A DNA stretch of 63,623 nucleotides, the filler included, from Octopus bimaculoides (taxonomy: Eukaryota): the NCBI RefSeq assembly GCF_001194135.2. It is 8 parts of 7 records of this genome, joined end to end, with 100 filler letters (N's around TTAATTAATTAA, not from the genome) between each part and the next. Parts side by side here need not be neighbours in the genome. Positions count along the whole stretch, not along the records: positions 19,028 to 24,508 come from NC_068982.1; positions 24,609 to 33,321 come from NC_068982.1; positions 33,422 to 42,124 come from NC_069004.1; 5 more parts are not named here. One strand, given 5' to 3'. The notes below the pieces were generated by a model, which was not told where the DNA came from, searched no databases, and saw only the letters and a program-made list of their open reading frames with translations. Position 1 is the stretch's first letter; each line of letters starts with the position of its first letter. The translations under genes and the position numbers were made by a program. Positions 23,819-36,071 of this stretch are shown piece by piece.

Positions 23819-24471
23819 TGGGCACACACACATACATACTGATTGACATGGATCACAATTTTAACATAATTTCAGGTTTCATTATGTATGTGCGAGAGTC
23901 TACCATTTTTTCCACGTTAAATTTCGATATAATCGTAATCTACACCATTTGAAAAGTATTAACTCAAAATTTCATTAAAAAATATCCACTTTTCCTAAAG
24001 TTACGGGGAAACGAATTTTGGGGTGGGGTACATTTGTGTATGTATGCCTATCCTTCTTTATTTGAAATAATAGCGTGTAATTTGAAAGAGATTTGGTTAC
24101 TATTGCAGACAAACAGACGGCTTGACCGCGTAGAGATTCCCTCGCTGACTCGTGTTTCCCATTCTTGAATACGTTACGTATTGAATGTAAAACGTGTCAA
24201 TTGTCCCAATTATTTTATTCCACACGTGTTTAGATGAGTTGTCTTAAACATACTGCGTAGAAATATATATTTACGACTTCTCTTTTGGAATTCCCAGTCA
24301 ACGCTCGTTTTATTCCACTTTCTATTTTCATTTCTCATATTCCTCTCCCCTACCATGATAATTCTTTAAGATCACTATGAGCCGAACCCTTTCTTTACAA
24401 AACAATAGCTCTCGAAAACGATTAGATAAAGATTATGATAAAAAGAAAATGTACTTAGATACATATATATT

Positions 24472-24508
<37 letters not shown>

Positions 24509-24797
24509 NNNNNNNNNNNNNNNNNNNNNNNNNNNNNNNNNNNNNNNNNNNNTTAATTAATTAANNNNNNNNNNNNNNNNNNNNNNNNNNNNNNNNNNNN
24601 NNNNNNNNATTTTATATTATATATTGTATATTATATTATATATTGTATATTCCATATTCTATACCCCACATTGGTTCTGCAGGAATATAAATAAAACATA
24701 AAAAACAGACAGTGTTGGAACTCTTTTAAACAAAATAATATATTCCTCTATACACAATCATACAAAAAAACCCACCTTTTTTGTATTTATTTTTACT

Positions 24798-24836
<39 letters not shown>

Positions 24837-24934
24837 AACGTGGTCAATGCCAGACCCCCGCCCCCACTGGCTCCTGTGTCGGTGGCATGTAAAAAGCTTA
24901 TAAGCGATCATGTGTATAATATATATATATATAT

Positions 24935-26115
24935 ATCATCATTTAATCTCCATGTTCCATGCTGGTTGAATGGTTTGAAGGATCTGATGGGTGCAAGGAT
25001 TGCATTGCATCTGCTTTGGTATGATTTCTACAACTCAATTCCCTTCATTGCAACAACTATTTTACACTGTGTACTGGGTACATTTTTTGTACCACTGGCA
25101 CTAGTGAGGTCCCCATGCAGCTTGTATGTCTACAAAAGCTGGAGAACTGGGTGAAGGTGTGTCTTTAGGGGAAATGGAGGTTAAGGTATGAGAGAAGGGT
25201 TTGGGGTCAAGAGGTTCTTGTAGAGGGGATACATGGCTACTCATGTTTAGGGAAGAGAATGGAAATGAATCAGTGCTATCTCCAAAGAGATTAAACAGCG
25301 GTTATGAGGTATCCAGGTGGCACCTCAAGGTACCAGGTGAGTAGAAGTGACTGGTGACAGAATCTAGCAGTGTGTATGGGTGGGGGTTTACAAGAGTGTA
25401 TGGCAGGGGCAAGAGACTGGGTGAATGGGATAGGAGAAATAGGCAACATCTGTATGATACATCTTAAGGCTTATTTACATTAACTTACACGACTTATTTT
25501 GAAAATGGAACTTGCTACTGGTGAAAAAAATAATTGAGTATGCACATGCATATACACATACACACGCACACCACTACCACCACCACCACCATTTTACATT
25601 TGCTTTTCGATGTTCGCTTAGGTTGGGTGGGAACTCTACTACACAGCACCCAACCACTTACTGCATTCTTCTGTTCAGCATCCTGAGATCAGCTTCCTCT
25701 ACTTCTGCCTATGTGTCTCTCTTTTTTTTCCCACATGAATCTCATGGCACTTATTTAGTCAGCTGTCATCATGCAGGCATATTTATATGTTTGTACCAAC
25801 ACAGTTGTCATACTTGCACTCTGATTTTCTTGTACTGCTAATATTTCTCTCAGCTCAACTGTGCCTTCTCATTCATACACACTAATGGTTCATAACCAGC
25901 AGGGCATGCTTGCATCATTTCTTTCCAGTCACCATGGATCATACACAAGCATCATGCAGTCAATCCTTTGCTCAAAGAGTGAACCTGTCTGTTGTCAGCA
26001 GAGATAATAGCTCCTCACTAACCCCACCTCCTAATTCTTTTAGTGCACCCTCCTCTGCTACTGAGTAGGACACCCGAGCTGCAGAAGCTATTAATGGCTT
26101 CTACGGAGCTTTCTG
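24935..26115 (-). mobile_element. decayed RTE-clade LINE fragments (3' tail 24935-25115; RT C-terminus 25590-26115)
   Basis: The reverse complement contains GACTGGAAAGAAATGATGCAAGCATG (RLERNDASM) and a degenerate QERRLRWYGH-like segment homologous to 30820-31390. A (GAT)n-type tail lies at 24935-24960. Confidence 0.7.
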
Positions 26116-26123
26116 AGCATTAT

Positions 26124-26520
26124 AGGGGCAGGCGTGGTTGTGTGGTAAGAACCTTGCTTCTTATCCACATGGTTCCGGGTTCAGTCCCACTGCATGTCAC
26201 CTTGGGTAAATATCTTCTACTATAGCCTCAGGCCAACCAAAGCCTTGTGAGTGGATTTGATAGATGGAAACTGGAAGAAGCTCGTCATATGTGTGTGTGT
26301 ATCTGTGTTTGTCCCCCCACCACTCGACAACTGGTGTTAGTGTGTTTACATCCCTTTAACTTAGCAGTTCAGCAAAGGAGACTGATAGAATAAGTACCAA
26401 GCTTTAAAAAATAAGTCCTGGGGTCGATTTGTTCGACTAAAATCCTTTAAGGCGGGGCTCCAGCATGGCCGCAGTCAAGTGACTGAAACAAGGAAAAGAT
26501 AAAAGAAAGATAAAAGATTA
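26124..26520 (+). mobile_element. SINE family A, full length, CpG-decayed
   Basis: A-box-like GTGGTTGTGTGG, B-box-like GGGTTCAGTCCC, core CACCTTGGGTAA and the tail. Several consensus CG sites read TG or CA. Confidence 0.9.
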
Positions 26521-26551
26521 GAAAAAATTAATTTTACTATTTTACTACATA

Positions 26552-27491
26552 GGCGTAGGAGTAGCTGTGTGGTAAGTAGCTTGCTTATGAACCACATGGT
26601 TCCGGGTTCGGTCCTACTGCGTGGCACCTTGGGCAAGTGTCTTCTACTATAGCCTCGGGCCGACCAAAGCCTTGTGAGTGGATTTGGTAGACGAAAACTG
26701 AAAGAAGCCTGTCGTATATAATAAATGAGTATATGCATATATACGTACAGGTATGTGCATACCTACGTCTACCTGTATATATAGGTGCATATCTGGGTAC
26801 AGGACATTGCAAACAAAACGTAGACAAGAAACTAATAATAACCAGAGTACAGAAAACACACAAGCCACATAGAGAACATTTTCCTTCATCAGCTACCCCC
26901 GTTTTAACACTGGCGTTTCGAAGNNNNNNNNNNNNNNNNNNNNNNNNNNNNNNNNNNNNNNNNNNNNNNNNNNNNNNNNNNNNNNNNNNNNNNNNNNNNN
27001 NNNNNNNNNNNNNNNNNNNNNNNNNNNNNNNNNNNNNNNNNNNNNNNNNNNNNNNNNNNNNNNNNNNNNNNNNNNNNNNNNNNNNNNNNNNNNNNNNNNN
27101 NNNNNNNNNNNNNNNNNNNNNNNATATATATATATATATAAGCAATGTTAATTCTCTAAATGAAGTATTAACAGTAACTGCACGATAAAGTGTAGTATAT
27201 TGCCACTTAAGTGTGGCTGACCCCTAGGGGTGGATGTTACTGTTGCTTTTAGCCCCAGGAGGATATATATATGTATGTGTATATGTTTGTGTGTCTGTGT
27301 TTGTTCCCCCAACATCGCTCGACAACTGATGCTGGTGTGTTTACGTCCCTGTAACTTAGCGGTTCGGCAAAAAAGACTGATAGAATAAGTATTAGGCTAT
27401 AGAATAAGTCCTGGGGTCGATTTGCTCGACTAAAGGCGGTGCTCCAGCATGGCCACAGTCACATGACTGAAACAAATAAAAGTAAAAAGTA
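26552..27491 (+). mobile_element. SINE family A split by inserted sequence and a gap (5' half 26552-26716; 3' half 27265-27491)
   Basis: The two halves match the consensus. Unrelated sequence intervenes in the central microsatellite. They could also be halves of two different copies. Confidence 0.75.
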
Positions 27492-27869
27492 ATTCTCTGA
27501 CAGGTAATTACTCCTGTGCATGTAACATACAAAGCCTTTAATCACTGTCAGCCTGTTTGTGATCCCAGTACATTTGATGTACCCCATACATTACATTGAG
27601 TAGAGTGTGGAATTTCTTCTCACTCATTTGCTTTATATCAAGCACCTCTGTTTCCTTGATAGAAGCAGTCTTCTCTCCTACTTACTGATACTTTAGTCTT
27701 TGCTAAGTTTGCACTGATTGGAGGTTTTCATGAAATTTGTATGGTTTTACTGGCTAGATACCCTTTCTGTTATCAACCACTTTAAAGCATGGACTAGGTA
27801 TATTTTATTGTGCCACCATCACTAGGCCGGTTGTCTGCCAGGAATAAAGTGTCTCTTTATATGTTAGCA

Positions 27870-28100
27870 TCTTCATTATCATCATCGTTTAAGGATTACT
27901 TTTCCATGTTTGCATGAGTTGGACAGAATTTGTTGAGGCAGATTTTTTTGGCTAAATACTTTCTCTCTCTTACCAACACTTACCTGTTTCCAGGCAAAGT
28001 AATATTTTCCCATAGCTAGACATGTTTCTCAAGGAAGACTGGAAATGAACAACTTGGCTTGTATAACAGTGATTCTCATTTACAACTATCACGATATCTA
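27870..28100 (-). mobile_element. RTE-tail-bearing repeat, diverged
   Basis: CATCATCGTTTAAGG..TTTCCATGTTTGCATGAGTTGGAC is a diverged reverse complement of the tail at 29500-29558. Confidence 0.6.
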
Positions 28101-28121
28101 GACATGGGTACATACAAGCAT

Positions 28122-28163
<42 letters not shown>

Positions 28164-28724
28164 ATGCACACACACACACACACACGCACACACACACAAT
28201 GGGTTACTTTCAGTTTCTGTTTATCATATACATTCATAAGTCTTTGGTCAGTTCGGTAATAGTACCGGTAATAGATGATACTGAAAGTGTCATGCAGTGG
28301 GACTGAACCCAAGCCCACATGGTTGGGAAACAAACTTCTTAACCACACAGCCACATTTGTGCCTATGTCAATTTTTATTTGGAGTTGCTATTCTCTCAGA
28401 TGGGTTGTATTCACTATGACTTAGTAGAATCCACATCTCTTCCATATAAGTATTTATTCAGAACATCTGCTCTCTTAGACAAGGGATGGGGGTGCCATCA
28501 CTCCAATTTACAGAACCTATGTTTCCTTTGTGCATGTATTTATTTAGAGTCATTGCTCTCCTTTCTCTTAGACAGTAGGATTGTCTTAGGGTCTAGTTTG
28601 CAGAATCCGTGTTTCTGTACAATTTTTCCTAGTTCTTGTTCTCATGGATACATTGCCTTCACTGCTACTGGTGGAGTCCATGTCTTTCTTGTGTAAACTT
28701 TCAATGACAGACTACAATGCTTAA

Positions 28725-28944
28725 CTCTTTAGCATTCAGATTACTGTGTCAAATGTAATTCTTATTTATTCCCATCATTTTGTATTAATCATGAATTATC
28801 TCATAGCATCAAGATTTCCATGATATGATTGTTTGCTTTTAGAATGACATTGTTGGGAAGGTGAAAGATGCTGAACCTGGCTGGTTTGAACATAAAACAC
28901 ATGAAATATTTGGGCTGGATTTGGCAGGTTTAAATACTAAAGGG
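28725..28944. mobile_element. non-autonomous piggyBac-like MITE
   Basis: TTAA|CTCTTTAGCATTCA ... TAAATACTAAAGGG|TTGA: short TIRs and a TTAA-type target site. Related copies lie at about 31520-31603 and 31678-32090. Confidence 0.7.
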
Positions 28945-29254
28945 TTGAAATTACAGTTGTAGATTGCAGTGTGTCAAAGCTGGGGGAGAGATGAGAGGGA
29001 GGGTACGAAAGAGAAGTGGGTAAAGGAGGGACACAAGGAAAGAGGTAGGATAGAGGAGATAGTCATACAAGAAAAAGGGAAAGTGGATAGAGAGTAGAGA
29101 GGGGTTGTGTGATAAGGAGTGGGGAGAGAAAGAGAGGTAAGTGTGAGAGAGAAAAAAGAGGAAAACAAGGAAAGGAAGATATGCATCAATGAAGTATGAA
29201 AGGGCTTCTCTGGCATTGTTGCATAATTTAGTAGGAAATGAGGAATAGAATTAT

Positions 29255-29558
29255 AAAGATCGAGCGAGATCGTTGCCAGTGCCGCTGGACTGGCTCTCAT
29301 GCAGGTGGCACGTAAAAGACACCATTTTGAGCGTGGTCGTTGCCAGTACCACCTGACTGGCTTTCATGCTGGTGGCATGTAAAAGCACCCACTACACTCT
29401 CGGAGTGGTTGGCGTTAGGAAGGGCATCCAGCTGTAGAAACTCTGCCAAATCAGATTGGAGCCTGGTGTAACCACCTGGTTCACCAGTCCTCAGTCAAAT
29501 TGTCCAACCCATGCTAGCATGGAAAGCGGACGTTAAACGGTGATGATGATGATGATGA
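29255..29558 (+). mobile_element. RTE-clade LINE 3' UTR or RTE-tailed SINE, young copy
   Basis: GTTGGCGTTAGGAAGGGCATCCAGCTGTAGAAA...CCAACCCATGCTAGCATGGAAAGCGGACGTTAAACGG(TGA)n. It carries an internal duplicated unit GTTGCCAGT.CC.C.GGACTGGCT..CATGC.GGTGGCA.GTAAAAG. Confidence 0.85.
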
Positions 29559-29860
29559 GGTGTAGGTGGCGTAAAAAAAGAGGACAGGTGACAGTGCAAG
29601 AAGAAAGTACATGTGATATATGTCAGGGAGAGGGGACATAGGATATACATGCTGTTGAGAAGGAGAATATTTACATAGCTTGACTACATAGTTTAATTGC
29701 CAAGGGAGCCTGTATTGATAAGCTTTATAGACTTTGGTATGTGAGAGAAAGGTTAAATCAAGACTACAAGAGAGAAATACAGATATGCGAGGCTGAGCGT
29801 GAGAGCTTTGCAATGGTGACCATGCATAATTTAATAACCAAGGAAGCACATCTGGAGAAA

Positions 29861-30460
29861 GGTAGAGTGGCTATGTGGTAAGTAGCTTGCTTACCAACCA
29901 CATGGTTCCGGGTTCAGTCCCACTGCGTGGCACCTTGTGCAAGTGTCTTATACTATAGCCTCGGGCCGACCAAAGCCTTGTGAGTAGATTTGGTAGACGG
30001 AAACTGAAAGAAGCCCGTCGTATATATGTATATATATATATATNNNNNNNNNNNNNNNNNNNNNNNNNNNNNNNNNNNNNNNNNNNNNNNNNNNNNNNNN
30101 NNNNNNNNNNNNNNNNNNNNNNNNNNNNNNNNNNNNNNNNNNNNNNNNNNNNNNNNNNNNNNNNNNNNNNNNNNNNNNNNNNNNNNNNNNNNNNNNNNNN
30201 NNNNNNNNNNNNNNNNNNNNNNNNNNNNNNNNCATATATATATGTTTGTGTGTGTTTGTGTGTCTGTGTTTGTCCCCCCACCATCGCTTGACAACTGATG
30301 CTGGTGTGTTTACATCCCCGTAACTTAGCGGTTCGGCAAAAGAGACCAATAGAATAAGTACTAGGCTTACAAAGAATAAGTCCTGGGGTCGATTTGTTCG
30401 GCTAAAGGCAATGCTCCAGCATGGCCGCAGTCAAATGACTGAAACAAGTAAAAGAGTAAC
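29861..30460 (+). mobile_element. SINE family A, full length with an N gap in the central microsatellite
   Basis: Head, core and tail all match 55354-55756. Confidence 0.92.
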
Positions 30461-30819
30461 ATATAAATAAAATAATAAGCAAGTATAATAATTATATGTC
30501 AACAGAATAAAATCAGAATGCCTTAGCTGACTGACTGCTTAACATTCATCACAGAATGAAAAAACTGATAGATAAAGAAGGCCATGAATGTTATAAGAAA
30601 GTAATGAATTCTGAAAATTCTGAAATCATGTTTGAAAACATATCTTAGACAGGCATTATTGAAACCTTTTGAATTTTATCCTACATATCAGTCATGTGAC
30701 AATTCTTGCAGTTGTGTGTTTGTGTGTGCACGCACATGCATGTGTATGTGTGTGTCTCTCATATATATAGAGGGTGTAGCTTGGTTGATAAAGTTATGAA
30801 GGATATGCAAACAGCCAGG

Positions 30820-31390
30820 CTACATGGCAGTGAACCGTCACTGCTGAGGACGTGCAGAGGCTTGAAAGAAATGAAGCCAGTATGCTCCACTGGATGTGCA
30901 ATGTCAGTGTGCACATATGACAGAGTGTAAGTGTCTTAATAGAAGGATTGGGTATAAGTGGCATCAGATGTAGTGTGCAAGAGAGAAGATTGTGCTGGTA
31001 TGGCCATGTGATGCATATGGACAAGGACAGCTGTATAAAGAAGTGCTGATCTCTAACTGTGGAGGGAACCTGTAGAAGAGGTAGACCCAGGAAGACGTGC
31101 AATGAGGTGGTGAAATATGATTTTCAGATGTTGAGTCTCATGGAGGCAATGACAAGTGACCAAGACCTTTGGCAATTTGCTGTACTTGAGAAACCATGAC
31201 AAGCTAAGTGAAATTTTAGTAGTGACCAGTGCTGGTGACATGCAAAAGGCATCTGGTGCACTCTGTGGAGTAGTTGGCATTAAGAAGGGCATCTAGCCAT
31301 AGAAGTTGAGCCAAAACAGACCAGCTTACCAGTTCCAGTCAAACTGTCTAACCCATGCTAGCATGGAAAATGAATACTAAATGATGATGA
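30820..31390 (+). mobile_element. RTE-clade LINE ORF2 C-terminal remnant plus 3' tail
   Basis: Translates with stops and a frameshift as LHGSE../AEDVQRLERNEASMLHWMCNVSVHI*QSVSVLIEGLGISGIRCSVQERRLCWYGHVMHMDKDSCIKKC*SLTVEGTCRRGRPRKTCNEVVKYDFQMLSLMEAMTSDQDLWQFAVLEKP*. The RLRWYGHV and RGRPRKTW motifs are typical of RTE. It ends in (ATG)n. Confidence 0.92.
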
Positions 31391-31677
31391 TATCTTCATC
31401 ATCAACATTTAATGCTCGTGTCGCATACTGGCATGGGTTGGATGGTTTGACAGGATCTGGTATGTCCAAGGACTGCATCAATGATGTATTTATCTTTAGA
31501 CTGACATTTTATGGTAGGTGTGAGAAGCTGAATTTGGTCAGTTTGAACATAAAATGTGTAGAGTACTTGGGTTTGATATGGCTGGTTTAAATGCTAAAGA
31601 GTTAAGGTGGTACACAATTTTTTTTTTGCTGCTATAGGTACAAAGCCTGAAATTTTGTGGAAGGTGGGGCTGGTTAA

Positions 31678-32090
31678 CCCGTCTGCATTCAAACTGGCCA
31701 TATCAGGCACAAATATTCTATCTGTTTTGTGTTCAAACTGACCAGATCAGGCCTCTCACATCTACCTTGTAATGTCATTCTAAAAGTAAACAAATGCATC
31801 ATTGAAATCTCAGAGCTACAAGATGATATGCAGTAAGCCCTCACTGTATTACAGTTCACCTATCGCACACTCAGTACATCGCAGATTTTTCTGGCTAATA
31901 TATGTAAATTTATATCGCGGGTTTCTGGAGCTGATAGGTATTTATATTCTTTTAGATTTTAATTATTTCTGTGGGAGGTTTTGGAACATAACACCCACGA
32001 TAGGTAGTCGAGGGATTACTGTATGATTAATTCAAAACAATGTGAATAAATTAGCATCATATTTGACAGAATAATTTGAATGGTAAAGGG
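31678..32090. mobile_element. piggyBac-like MITE interrupted by a pogo/Tigger-like MITE (31831-32021)
   Basis: Outer ends TTAA|CCCGTCTGCATTCA and TTTGAATGGTAAAGGG|TTAA. The inner element has ends CAGTAAGCCCTC and GAGGGATTACTG|TA. Confidence 0.75.
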
Positions 32091-32952
32091 TTAATTATAT
32101 TGACTCCAGTGCTCTATTGGTACTTATTTTATTTATCCTGAAAGGATGAAAGGCAAAGTCAACCTCAATGACATTTGAACTCAGAACAAAACTCCTGGAA
32201 GAAATGCTGCTTTGCATTTTGTCTCATGTGATAATGATTCTACCAGCTTGCCCTTTCAACACAAAACACAATGGAATTAAACTTGAAACCACATGGTTTT
32301 GAAGTGAGCTTCTTAAACACCTGGATACAACCATACCTACACTCTTATAGAAGAGAGAGAGAGAGAGACACACACACATACACAAAACAAGTGAGAGAAT
32401 TTGGAAGACAGCCAGAAAGTAGGTTGATCAAAACAAATCTAAGTAGAACTATAAAACAGGGAATTATATCTTAGTTAACCTGTCACTTGTGAAATTGTAT
32501 CTACATTGTTTAAACTAGTCCACTAGTAAACAAGATGGACAGAACAAGACCAAAAGCATTTTAACTGCTATTTCATTATTTTTAATTAGTACTTGTCAGT
32601 TTTATGTGTATACTACCACCATATGATTAGTAGTTTCTCTTAACTATGAGTGGCAAGCCTCACATGCCACCTGACTTAATGCTACCATATTGTCCTTGCA
32701 TGCCATTAATGATGGTTGGGAAGGTCACACTGTTGCAGGTATTTAGATCAACATTTCACTCCTCACCCATGCTTTTCCTGTGAACTTTGACCTGCAGATG
32801 TTCAGGATGAAACATGAGCCACAACAATCTCCCCAAATGGTAGAGGGCCTTTATAAGTTATAAGTGTTGCTTTTCCTCTTATCCCTTGACTAATTTATCA
32901 AAAAGAATATAAATTAGGATAAAATTTACGTATGAAAATATATTCTGACTAT

Positions 32953-33034
<82 letters not shown>

Positions 33035-33276
33035 AGACTATTCTAGAGTATGTTCTGCCTTATCCTCGAAATGTCTAGTTAGAATAGATGCAGCTGACGA
33101 AGGATTAATTCCAAGTGTCTATCTGTTTTCCTATGTGTTCGTTTCGTTGTCTGTAGTTCATTGTTCTAGCGTTGTGTGCCCTGGTATGCATCTATATACA
33201 CATGTAGATGTGAGTATGTACATTTATGTGTGTATGCATGCATATATATTCTTTGTATTATATATATAGATATACA

Positions 33277-33321
<45 letters not shown>

Positions 33322-33676
33322 NNNNNNNNNNNNNNNNNNNNNNNNNNNNNNNNNNNNNNNNNNNNTTAATTAATTAANNNNNNNNNNNNNNNNNNNNNNN
33401 NNNNNNNNNNNNNNNNNNNNNGTGCAGTGTGTGTTCCTAGGTTCAGCCGACTCATGGTATATTCAGTCGGGAGATTGTCAATAATATTAATATGCCAATT
33501 TGTTCTTTTTGTACGTACCTGGCGTGTGTGTCACACTTACTTCAAAGAAAGTGAAAGAGAGGAGGACAGAGAGGAAGTAATAGAGAAAGAGAGAGTGAGA
33601 GAGGAAGAGTGTGAGTGAAAGAGACAGTGAATTGTGACGGCGTTCGTTTTGTGTTTTTAAATGTTTCAGAGAGGAA

Positions 33677-33735
<59 letters not shown>

Positions 33736-34220
33736 TGACAGAGACAGTGAGTGATGACGGCGTTCGATTTGTGTTTTTAAACGTTAATCATATTGCAAGT
33801 AAAGTAGACACATAGATACATACACACATTGTTAAGTTAAAAGCGGGAGAGAGAAGGGACACAAAGGAAGTGAAAGTGGAGGAGAGAAAGCGAGAGAGAC
33901 AGTAGATACATAGATCCAAAGAAAAGTTTATACATAAACACAGCAAATATTGAATGTCACTTTCACTTTTCATTACCACACGTGGATAAAATTAACTCGC
34001 AAGTGGCTGAGTATTCCACAGACATGCATATCATTAACGTAGTTCTCAAGATTCAGCCTCGCATAGAATATAACAAAGCTGACCCCTTTCAATTACAGCT
34101 ACAACTCATTTTGGCCAGCTGAGTGGACTGGAGCAAGGTAAACCTTCAAGTGATTGGAAGAAAACGGGGGGAAAAAACCTTTATAGAGACAGGAAAGTCT
34201 TTTTAGTCGTTAGTGATGGG

Positions 34221-34801
34221 GGATCTATTTTAAAACAGGGGCCACATTTTTCATTAATGTTTTACGTAGTGTTTTTGGTACGGAAAGACTTTCAAACTTC
34301 GTATACTTATCTATTTTGTGTTATAGAACAGAAAAATATTTTTGTATTCGAATTTATTTCATGTAAAAAATTGTCTTATTTCGATAATTTCAACCAATCA
34401 CTGACAAGTATTCAGTTGTTTATATTTACTCCTTTGGCTGATTAAGCGATGTAAAGCGTATTTAATCTCCATACCTTCGTTTTATTTGCTTTTTTCATTT
34501 TAAATTTGCTTTAACCCTAACCCTAACCCTAACCCTAGGGTTAGGGTTAGGGTTAGGGTTAATTGTTTCAGAATCGTTTGTTTATGTAGTCGGCACTTAA
34601 TGTATACCGGCTGAATGGACGTCAGTGATTGGTTGAAATTACAGAAATACGACAACTTTAACATGGAATAATTTATGGATTTCTTTTTTTTTTTAAGAAG
34701 ACTAAGAGAAAAAGATATTTTATATGACACATTCTACCAGTGTTCCAAGTTTCAAAGTGTTTCGTTAATGAAAAATGTGGCCCCCGTTTTAAAAAAGACC
34801 C
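34221..34801. mobile_element. foldback MITE with ~39-bp TIRs, probable 8-bp TSD and a central TAACCC/GGGTTA palindrome
   Basis: TIR GGATCTATTTTAAAACAGGGGCCACATTTTTCATTAA versus TTAATGAAAAATGTGGCCCCCGTTTTAAAAAAGACCC. Flanks are GTGATGGG and GTGGTGGG. An inner IR reads TTTCAACCAATCACTGAC / GTCAGTGATTGGTTGAAA. Confidence 0.85.
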
Positions 34802-35632
34802 GTGGTGGGTGTTAATCCGGTCCTAACAGCGGCATTTGCGGGTTTCGCAGATCTGGAGGCCAAGCCCCCAAATAAATATCGACGCACAGGCTGTAGTTAT
34901 CAAACTGAGCGTGAGTCGAGGGCGAATACACGACGGAATAGCAATTATTTCATCTTGGCTTTCACTGCTTATACTAAACACTTGACATTTTTACCTTACG
35001 CTATGAAACATTTCCTTTCCTTTCACTCTTTAAAAAATGGCACTCCGTCGGTTACGACGACGACAAAGTTCCTGGTTATCTGATGATCGAACAATCTCCT
35101 CATAAATTTAATGCGCAGGTGGCTGAGTACTCCGCAGATATGCATACCATAAGGTAGTTCTCAGGGAGATTCAGCCTCACACAGAATGTGACAAGGCTGG
35201 CTCCTTTGAATTACAGGTACAACTCATTTTTTGCTTTTGTCAGCTGAGTGGACTGCAGCAAGGTGAATGACAATTAGACTGAAATACGATCGATTTTTTT
35301 CTAGCTCGAGTGTTAGTTCTCTCTTCTTTCCCCCAACCTTGGTACTTATTCACCTTCTTTCATAGTTCTTCATGTCTTTCAGTTGGTGGGGAAAGACCAT
35401 GTTTTTTTTTCAGGCACGTTTAACGTTTTCTCTACAAACTACAAACGAGACCCAATCCCTTCCTTTTTTTCTCTTTTTTTTTCATACAAAGACTAATACA
35501 AATTTCGAACGGTTTATAGCTGTGAAAAGAGCCTAGAAAAATGGGTAATAGCCCCTACAAAATGGGTGGAGAAGAAAAGTTGCCAACAGGTGGATACACG
35601 AAATTCAACTCTGTACTTTAAAGAGTGTATTC

Positions 35633-35945
35633 TACTATAGCCTCAGGACGACTGAAGCCTCGTGAGTGGATTTGGTAGACGGAAACTGAAAGAAGCCTGT
35701 CATATATATATATATATACTATATTTTTATGTGTGTGTGTTTGCGTCTGTGTTTGTCCTCCTCCCACCATTCTGACAACCGATGTTGGTGTGTTTGTATC
35801 CCGTGACTTAGCTGCTCGGCATGAAAGCCTGATAGAATAAGCACCAGGCTTACAGGGAATAAGTCCAGTGGTCGATTTCTTCGAATAAAGGGCGGTGCTC
35901 CAGCATGGCCACCGTCAAATGACTGAAACAAGTAAAAGAATAAAT
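35633..35945 (+). mobile_element. SINE family A, 5' truncated
   Basis: Core and tail match the consensus. Confidence 0.88.
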
Positions 35946-36020
35946 GACTACCAGAAGAACGTTCCGTACCACTAAACCAGGAGGGTTCTTTGAATGTGCA
36001 TGATATATTATTATTATTAC

Positions 36021-36069
<49 letters not shown>

Positions 36070-36071
<2 letters not shown>

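Noticed and set aside
28379-28696. 105-aa plus-strand ORF as a standalone gene
   Set aside because: It starts at TTG, has no recognisable domain and no clear coding periodicity. Only its acceptor near 28400 is kept as a weak exon hint.
34513-34560. Interstitial telomere fusion site
   Set aside because: The orientation is (CCCTAA)n then (TTAGGG)n, opposite to an end-to-end fusion, and the tract is centred inside a TIR/TSD-bounded element.
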